A stretch of DNA of 13,940 nucleotides, from NCBI GenBank assembly GCA_044359815.1, contig JBIKLL010000072.1, positions 1-13,940 of the forward strand, written 5' to 3'. The stretch is from Pseudobdellovibrionaceae bacterium. Lineage in GTDB: Bacteria; Bdellovibrionota; Bdellovibrionia; Bdellovibrionales; Bdellovibrionaceae. The first letter of the stretch is position 1; each line of letters starts with the position of its first letter. This document shows, piece by piece, positions 1-6,568 of this stretch. Position numbers and translations under genes: made by a program. Under the pieces are notes generated by a model that saw only the letters and a list, made by a program, of their open reading frames with translations, searched no databases and was not told the DNA's origin.

Positions 1-203
1 ATTAATCGTAAAACTGATTAATCTAAATGACTCAATACGAGAGATGAGCCCGCGGCCGTTAGCGAGTGTCTAAAAATAGTGAAAAAAATTATCTTTGCAT
101 TTATGCAGTACGAGATATGCGGCGGTAAATTAAACGTCGCGCTCGCTGGATGTATCCACAAGGTGTAAAAACATAGAAATATTTTTTAAAATTTAAATTA
201 TCT

Positions 204-225
204 GCAGGCAAGTGGGCCTGTTCTT
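204..225. terminator. Weak hairpin just downstream of the minus-strand operon (possible terminator)
   Basis: CAGGC(205-209)-AAGTGG-GCCTG(216-220), followed by TTCTT on the + strand; about 20 nt past the TAG at 240-242. The stem is only 5-6 bp and there is no U-tract on the minus strand. Confidence 0.2.
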
Positions 226-239
226 GAGCGTTGTTGGAG

Positions 240-1586
240 CTATTTTTCGTGTAGGTAGTAAGAAATCTCTTGGTAAGCAACTTGGCCAGCAAACTGATTT
301 AGTCCCTTGGGACGCACAAATGTTTTTACAAATGATTCTCTAAAAGGTCGCAAATCATCTTGTCCCGGAAATGTTTTTATTTTCTCGGCACATTCCAATA
401 CAGAATGGGTGACATAAACTGCCTTTGAATCTACCAAATCACTAAAATGCAAAGCCAGTTTCTGAGTCTTTTCAAATTGCGGCAATACAATAGCCACAGT
501 GGGTTTATTAAAAACCACGGCATCTATCATGGCCGAGGTGTTGATACCAACTATTGCTTGAGCGCCTTTTATCATGGCGCCAAATTCGGATTGGCCTTTG
601 ACAGAACTGGGGAAAGAATTTTTATCTGTAAATACAAAAACTTCCTCATGACCAACTAGGCTCGAATACACTTGCTGATTCTCTGGATGAGGTCTCAAGC
701 ATACTGTGAATTGGGGTAAAAGCTTTTGCAGTTCCAAAATAACCGCCGTTTCATCCTTGGCAATGTTGCTGGAAGACCCCAGATACAATACATAGGGCTT
801 TGTCATATTCATCTTTGCTTCAATTGCTCTGATCCCAGGTGACCACCATTTATCAAACAAGCAGGCACCTACGATTTTCACTTCTTGGTCGCTGAAATCA
901 TGTTTTGATTTTGCAAACTGTTGCTGTTTTTCATTCCATACCAACAGCAAATCCGGTTTGATTGCAAATGCGCCCTTCGTAGTTAAATTATCCCAGCTAA
1001 TAACAGGCACTATTGAAAACACTCTCAAAGCCTTCGCAGCTTTTACAAACTCAATTTCGTAGGAATGTTTCATGTTACATGGCGATGCAATAATTGCTTG
1101 GGGCCTGAGCTCTTTAGTAACCCTTAAGACTTCTGGATCGGTGGGAACTACGGTCTCAATTAACCCTAATATTAAGTCTGCTGTTTCAGATTTTAATAGA
1201 TTCTGAGTCCACTGATAAGAAAATATTTTTCTAAATGGCCAAGATAAATAGGAATGCCACCTGGCCAGATAAAACTTGGACTGTGTTTGATCCAGTAAAT
1301 AATTTCTGTAGGACCTCAGTTCACGGATTTCCCAAATAAATCTTCTGAGCAGCTTGAATCTGCCCAATCGTAATGTGTGCACAACGACCGATTGATCATC
1401 GATGTACTCTGCTAAAAAATCAGTTAAAACAATATCCTTAGGATCCGGTGCAAACAAATGAACTTCATACCCAGACTTAACAAATTCTTTGATTAGAAAT
1501 TCAAAGTAACTGGAAAACAAAACCTTTCTCAATGCCAAGATTATTTTAGGTTTTCGATTTTCTGACAATTTAAAATTTTCTGTCAT
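240..1586 (-). CDS. Putative GT-B-fold glycosyltransferase (candidate CMP-ulosonate transferase; CDP-glycerol:glycerophosphotransferase-like)
   Basis: About 448 aa. The ATG at 1586 overlaps the neuA-like TGA (TGATG); the ORF track starts one codon earlier at TTG 1589. Motifs SWDNLTTKG, LLVWNE, LRPHP and GINTSAMIDAVVFNKP fit a two-Rossmann GT-B pattern. Last gene of the NeuB/NeuA module. Confidence 0.6.
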   Translation of the reverse strand: MTENFKLSENRKPKIILALRKVLFSSYFEFLIKEFVKSGYEVHLFAPDPKDIVLTDFLAEYIDDQSVVVHTLRLGRFKLLRRFIWEIRELRSYRNYLLDQTQSKFYLARWHSYLSWPFRKIFSYQWTQNLLKSETADLILGLIETVVPTDPEVLRVTKELRPQAIIASPCNMKHSYEIEFVKAAKALRVFSIVPVISWDNLTTKGAFAIKPDLLLVWNEKQQQFAKSKHDFSDQEVKIVGACLFDKWWSPGIRAIEAKMNMTKPYVLYLGSSSNIAKDETAVILELQKLLPQFTVCLRPHPENQQVYSSLVGHEEVFVFTDKNSFPSSVKGQSEFGAMIKGAQAIVGINTSAMIDAVVFNKPTVAIVLPQFEKTQKLALHFSDLVDSKAVYVTHSVLECAEKIKTFPGQDDLRPFRESFVKTFVRPKGLNQFAGQVAYQEISYYLHEK

Positions 1587-2335
1587 CAACTGTTCAACAG
1601 GGCTTCAGCCAATTTAAAATCTAATGGAGTATTAATATCCACCGACTCTTCCTCGCTCATTTCAAATGATAAAACCTTTTCACCCACTGTATTGTTAAAA
1701 TCATAAAGGGTTTCGGTTTTTACTATATAGATACTGGCATTCTGAATCTGCACTGCGGGCAACAAATGATAAGCCGCTGTATTTGTGGCACCATTGTCTT
1801 TTTTAACGAACGGGACTAAAAAATCACCGTCTTTGGTCCACATTTTAAAAGGATGCTCGCTGACTTTTTTGGTTGATCGTAAACTGTGAGCTTCTTTGAA
1901 CTGAAACAATCTTTCAATCGCATCGTCAATAGTCTCAGCCCTCCTAAAGGGAGTGGTGGGGTACAAATTAACAATCAACTCTGGCAGATACTTGTTCTTT
2001 TTATAAAGCTCATTCAATGCATGCACATGAAATTCAAATTCAGTTGAATTTTCATTGGCAATTTCAAAGGGCCGTAAAAAAGGAATTTCTGCCCCTGCTT
2101 TTTTCGCAACCTCTGCGATTTCGGCCGAATCAGTTGATACGACAATTCTATTGATCAGTTTGCTTTTTTGAGCCGCTTCAATGGTGTAGTTTATCAATGG
2201 CTTTCCATTGAGTGGTAAAATATTTTTATTTTTGACTCGCTTAGATCCACCCCGTGCAGGTATTAAACCCAGAATTTCTCCAGGTCTAATAGCCTTCAGT
2301 AAATCATCTTTGCTATCAAAAATAAGATCCAACAT
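1586..2335 (-). CDS. neuA: Acylneuraminate cytidylyltransferase family protein (CMP-ulosonic acid synthetase)
   Basis: LIPARGGSKRVKNKNI CTP-binding loop, VSTDS, PFLRP, PTTPFR, NASIY, SVDINTPLDF; 249 aa with no fused HAD domain; start overlaps the upstream stop (TAATG). Confidence 0.9.
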   Translation of the reverse strand: MLDLIFDSKDDLLKAIRPGEILGLIPARGGSKRVKNKNILPLNGKPLINYTIEAAQKSKLINRIVVSTDSAEIAEVAKKAGAEIPFLRPFEIANENSTEFEFHVHALNELYKKNKYLPELIVNLYPTTPFRRAETIDDAIERLFQFKEAHSLRSTKKVSEHPFKMWTKDGDFLVPFVKKDNGATNTAAYHLLPAVQIQNASIYIVKTETLYDFNNTVGEKVLSFEMSEEESVDINTPLDFKLAEALLNS

Positions 2336-4251
2336 TATTTAGACATCTCGCCAATTTTTGCAGCCAATGTTTCTCCGTCGATTCCATGAAATCTCAAAGC
2401 TTCCCATGGTGTTCCGCAAGCTGGAAACCCTTCCACTCCAAATTTTCTAAGTGTCAGATTCTTTAACAATCCATTGGCATTTAAAAATCCTGTCAACAGA
2501 TCGCCCAATCCTCCAGTCGGAGCATGGTCATCCAGTACAAACAAATTGCGACAATCTTTCAACGTGGCTTTCATCCATGGCAGATCAAAACGATTTAACC
2601 AAGGCAGATTATAAACCGCCAATTTAAAACCCTTTTGAGCCAGCTTTTCAGAAGCCAATAAAGCTTCATGCAACATCACTGGGCCGTAAGAAATCAAAAT
2701 ATTTTCAGATCCTTCGGTCAGTTGATTGCCACAGCCAAATTGTAGTTTCCAATCTGGTTTAAACTCGATCAATCTTGGACTGGGGCCAATGTTCATTCTG
2801 ATATTAACAGATTCTTTGGCCTCGTTAATGGACCATCTAGTTAATGATTCAGTTTCCTTGGCGTTAGCAGGTTGAACAATCGTGACATTAGGTAAAGCTG
2901 CAAACAAAGAAATATCTCGGATTGCCTGGTGTGATTTTCCAGGACCTGCAGGAATTAATCCCGCATAATGACAAGCGTATATAATTTTTCGCTTCTCAGT
3001 TTGAGTATTGTAAATCTGTTCGTTCGCTCTGGCTGCCATAAAATTTGCAAATGAATTACAAATTGGCGTAATACCTTTACCAGAAATTCCACAAGCCATA
3101 GAAACCATGTCTTGCTCAGCGATACCCATCTCGATAAATCTGTCTGGATATTTGTCTTCAAACTCTCGCAGTTTACAATCCAACGACAAATCAGCATCTA
3201 AAACTGCAAAATCTTTTCGCTCTTCTGCCATCTTCACCAATGTTTTTCCATAGGCTTCAGCTAAAACCTCGCTGGAAACTTTGGTTCCAGGTCTGGCTTC
3301 AGGAGCTGGTTCTACCCTTTTAAATGCTGTTAATTGGTGTTCAGTAAATTTCTTCTGAATATTCCCCAGCAGTTCTGAATAAGCTCTTTCATAAGACGCA
3401 TCGTCTGGAGCTCCTGCGTGCCATTTAAAAAATCCATTATTATCTTTCAGCGCCTGAGGATGTTCCATAAATGAAATGCCGCTGCCTTTGATCGTGTCAC
3501 AAATCAAAAACTTTGGTCTGTCCTTGATCGCATCAAGAGCTTTAAAGGTTTTTTCCAATTCATTATAATCATGCCCATCGCATCTCATTACTGCCCAGCC
3601 GAAAGCTTCAATTTTTTTCTGCAAATCACCTAAACTAACAATGCGGTCAATATTTCTGTCTGACTGTAATTTGTTGTGATCCATTACGACCAAGACATTT
3701 CCATTTTTATGGTGTGCCGTTGATTGCAAGGCTTCGAAATTTTGACCTTCTTGAAATTCTCCATCACCAACCATAACGATAACTCGACCGGTGTTGCCAT
3801 TATACTTTTTTGCCCAAGCGATTCCTCGGCCTTTAGAAATTCCCATCCCCAAAGAACCCGTATTGGCTTCAACTCCTGGGATTCTGACATCGGGATGTCC
3901 ATCCAAACCATCTAATCTGCGCAAGGCTAAAAATTTATTTTCAGGAACGATATTCATTGAATACAAAACGGCATACAAACCTGGAGCATCATGGCCCTTT
4001 GACGAAAAATAAATATCTCGATCAGGGCTATCAATACCCACATCTTTAACGTTCATAAATCGTTCATACAGATAAACCACAATATCCATCGCACTCAAGC
4101 TTGATCCCAAATGACCACTGCCGGCTCTTTTGACTTCAAACAGAGTATTCAGTCTGCTCATCTTGGACAGCAATTGCAGCTTTTCCTGCCATGGCAAATT
4201 GGTGCTGCGAACATTTTCAAATTCACTTTTTGGGATAAACTTCATTTCCAT
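2335..4251 (-). CDS. Transketolase-family ThDP-dependent enzyme (single chain, N- and C-terminal sections joined)
   Basis: GSGHLGSSLS, SKGH, LDGHP, TGSLGMG, GDGEFQEG...N ThDP/Mg motif, TIKG, WH, DADL, EMGIAEQ, SHQ; strong SD (TAAGGAG) upstream of ATG 4251. Confidence 0.9.
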   Translation of the reverse strand: MEMKFIPKSEFENVRSTNLPWQEKLQLLSKMSRLNTLFEVKRAGSGHLGSSLSAMDIVVYLYERFMNVKDVGIDSPDRDIYFSSKGHDAPGLYAVLYSMNIVPENKFLALRRLDGLDGHPDVRIPGVEANTGSLGMGISKGRGIAWAKKYNGNTGRVIVMVGDGEFQEGQNFEALQSTAHHKNGNVLVVMDHNKLQSDRNIDRIVSLGDLQKKIEAFGWAVMRCDGHDYNELEKTFKALDAIKDRPKFLICDTIKGSGISFMEHPQALKDNNGFFKWHAGAPDDASYERAYSELLGNIQKKFTEHQLTAFKRVEPAPEARPGTKVSSEVLAEAYGKTLVKMAEERKDFAVLDADLSLDCKLREFEDKYPDRFIEMGIAEQDMVSMACGISGKGITPICNSFANFMAARANEQIYNTQTEKRKIIYACHYAGLIPAGPGKSHQAIRDISLFAALPNVTIVQPANAKETESLTRWSINEAKESVNIRMNIGPSPRLIEFKPDWKLQFGCGNQLTEGSENILISYGPVMLHEALLASEKLAQKGFKLAVYNLPWLNRFDLPWMKATLKDCRNLFVLDDHAPTGGLGDLLTGFLNANGLLKNLTLRKFGVEGFPACGTPWEALRFHGIDGETLAAKIGEMSK

Positions 4252-4265
4252 ATTGTTCTCCTTAA

Positions 4266-5717
4266 TTACAAATGAGCTAAAGTGTTGTGATAAGTAACCT
4301 TCAATTGTGTATAAACGTCAATGGCTTCGGGGCCTGGTTCACGCCCTCCAGCTCCTGAATCTTTGACCCCACCAAATGGCATGTGGGGCTCACTACCATG
4401 AGTGCCGGCATTAATCGAACAAACCCCAGCTTGAATTTTGCGGCTGAATTCCAATGCCCTATGATAATTTGATGTGTGAATGGCCGAAGTCAGTCCAAAA
4501 TCGCAATTATTTGCCAACTCCAAGGCTTCATTTAAATTTCGAACCTTGTACAAACAGGTTATGGGTCCAAATAATTCACATTTAGAAATTCTGGAATCCG
4601 CCGAGGCGTTTTCTAAAATTGTAGGCGGCACAAAAAAACCTTTGGACCAAGTCCCAGCATCTAGTCGCCTGCCTCCAACTAAAAGAGTCGCTCCGGCCTT
4701 TTGACTTTCATGAACTTCATGCAACATGCGATTCATGCCTTTTTCATTGATAACAGGTCCAAAATCATCAGCATCATTAGTGCCGATCTTTAATGAATGA
4801 GCTTTATCTAAAAACATCTTTTTAAATTTTTCGTACACATTTTCAAAAACAATTATTCTGCTGGAAGCCGCACATCTTTGTCCTGCATTACTAAACGAAG
4901 ACAATGTAGCCCACTTAACCGCATTTTCTAAATCAGCATCATCACAAATCACCATTGGGTTTTTTCCACCCAATTCTAAAAAGGTTTTCGCTAATCTGGC
5001 TCCCGCTGTCTGAGCGATTTGTCTTCCGACCTCTGTTGATCCTGTGAAACTGACTAATTGAATATTTTTGTTAGCAACTAAAGCTGCACCGACTTCTTTA
5101 CCTTCACCATGTAACACAGTCAGAATCCCTTTCGGAAAATGGGATTCAGAAAATATTTCTGCAAAAACCTGTGCTGTCAGTGGAGTGTCTTCTGAGGCTT
5201 TCAGTAAAGCTGCATTGCCAGCAACCAGACTGGGAAATACCTTCCATGCAATGTTAGCAATAGGTGTGTTGAAAGCTACAATCAATGCCGTTAATCCCAC
5301 AGGTTCTTTTGCAATGACAGCAGATCTGTTATCCACAGAACTTCCAACACTGCGACCAAACATTCGAGCGCCTTCGCCTGCCATGTAATATCCCTGGGCG
5401 ACGGCCGCCATGGTTTCACCCAAAGCATCTTTAACCGATTTTCCAGTTTCCAGCGCAACCACTTCGGCAATTTTTAATTTGTGATTTTCTAGGGATTTTA
5501 CAAAATCAAACATGATTTCCCCACGTTTTACCGTAGGAGTTTGTGCCCAAATTTTCTGTGCTTTTTGTGCTGAAGCTATGCTTTGCTCAACATCTTTAGC
5601 TGTTGATTTTGCAACTTGAGCAATGATCTCAGAATTTGCAGGATTTAATTTTGTAAAATAGGATTTACTCTCTGATTCGGCAAATTCACCGCCGATATAA
5701 TTTAGGATTTTTTTCAT
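4266..5717 (-). CDS. NAD(P)-dependent aldehyde dehydrogenase
   Basis: AFNTP (oxyanion Asn), KASE, FTGSTEVG, LELGGKN (catalytic Glu), GQRCAA (catalytic Cys), ELFGP, PFGGVKDSG; 483 aa. Confidence 0.95.
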   Translation of the reverse strand: MKKILNYIGGEFAESESKSYFTKLNPANSEIIAQVAKSTAKDVEQSIASAQKAQKIWAQTPTVKRGEIMFDFVKSLENHKLKIAEVVALETGKSVKDALGETMAAVAQGYYMAGEGARMFGRSVGSSVDNRSAVIAKEPVGLTALIVAFNTPIANIAWKVFPSLVAGNAALLKASEDTPLTAQVFAEIFSESHFPKGILTVLHGEGKEVGAALVANKNIQLVSFTGSTEVGRQIAQTAGARLAKTFLELGGKNPMVICDDADLENAVKWATLSSFSNAGQRCAASSRIIVFENVYEKFKKMFLDKAHSLKIGTNDADDFGPVINEKGMNRMLHEVHESQKAGATLLVGGRRLDAGTWSKGFFVPPTILENASADSRISKCELFGPITCLYKVRNLNEALELANNCDFGLTSAIHTSNYHRALEFSRKIQAGVCSINAGTHGSEPHMPFGGVKDSGAGGREPGPEAIDVYTQLKVTYHNTLAHL

Positions 5718-5743
5718 GCTTTAAGACCTCGAATCCATAAGGA

Positions 5744-6565
5744 TTACCAAGCCGTCCAGCCGCCATCAATCACCAAATTTGAACCCGTCATATAACTGGA
5801 AGCATCCGACATTAGGAACACCACAGCACCGTTAAGCTCATCTGGCTTTGCCATGCGGCCCATCGGCATGCGCTTTAAATATTCATCTAAAAACTTCTGA
5901 TCTTGATTATTAAAAATCCCAGCAGGGGTTATCGTATTTACCCGTACATTCTGTTTTGCCCAATAGGTCGCCAAATACCGCGTCAGATTAAAGACCGCAG
6001 ATTTTGATATCGAGTAAGCCACTGGTTTAAACCAAGGCTTTCCACCCTCACGCTTAAATTCGTAAATATCCTGATTGGGTGAAACCAATCCATAAATCGA
6101 AGCTATATTAATTATGCTGCCACCGTCGTTCTGAGCCATTGCTTCGCCAAAAACCTGGCAGGCAAAAGTAGTTCCCAAAACGTTTACATCCATAATTTTT
6201 CTTAAAGAAGCTTCTGGATAGCTTTCAAAGGGACCATTTTCCTCTAAGCTGGCATTCGGAGGCGAATCCAAAGCGGCATTATTAACCAGTCCCCAAGGAA
6301 CTCCCATGGAAGATTTGATTTCTTGAAATGTTTTTTTGATTTCTTCAGGCTTAGTGATGTCTGTAGTAAAGGCTTTTAATTGTTTTTTCTCTGATAAAAG
6401 CTCTAAAAACTTTTGATCGCCTTTTCTGGGTTCTTTCACAACATCAACGCAGGCAACTCTGGCACCGGCTTGCACCAAGGACAGCGAAAACTGCTGCCCC
6501 AATTGTCCCATGCCACCAGTAACTACTACGGTTCGATCTTTTAAATTAAAAAGATCTGATCCCAT
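5744..6565 (-). CDS. Classical short-chain dehydrogenase/reductase (PtmA-like, as found in nonulosonate clusters)
   Basis: TGGMGQLG Rossmann motif, acidic residue after beta-2 (CVDV, suggesting NAD), NNAA, ASIYG, YSISK (YxxxK), TGSNLVIDGG. Confidence 0.93.
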   Translation of the reverse strand: MGSDLFNLKDRTVVVTGGMGQLGQQFSLSLVQAGARVACVDVVKEPRKGDQKFLELLSEKKQLKAFTTDITKPEEIKKTFQEIKSSMGVPWGLVNNAALDSPPNASLEENGPFESYPEASLRKIMDVNVLGTTFACQVFGEAMAQNDGGSIINIASIYGLVSPNQDIYEFKREGGKPWFKPVAYSISKSAVFNLTRYLATYWAKQNVRVNTITPAGIFNNQDQKFLDEYLKRMPMGRMAKPDELNGAVVFLMSDASSYMTGSNLVIDGGWTAW

Positions 6566-6568
6566 AAG

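Noticed and set aside
1..73. Possible 3' end of a plus-strand gene (frames open to 21 or 73)
   Set aside because: Too short to support from this window alone.
121..130. GGCGGTAAAT resembling an RfaH ops element (GGCGGTAG)
   Set aside because: Imperfect match, no JUMPStart context, and it lies at the 3' end on the strand opposite the operon.
152..160. GTATCCACA, one mismatch from a DnaA box, beside an AT-rich tract
   Set aside because: A single imperfect box with no cluster of boxes and no oriC-associated genes in the window.
101..292. 63-aa minus-strand ORF
   Set aside because: Overlaps the 3' end of the 448-aa gene in another frame, has no recognisable motif, and runs through dyad-rich, probably non-coding DNA.
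2335..4251. Annotation as DXS or housekeeping transketolase
   Set aside because: It lacks the DGxTH Asp and phosphate-binding residues and lies inside a glycan operon; only the family-level call is kept.
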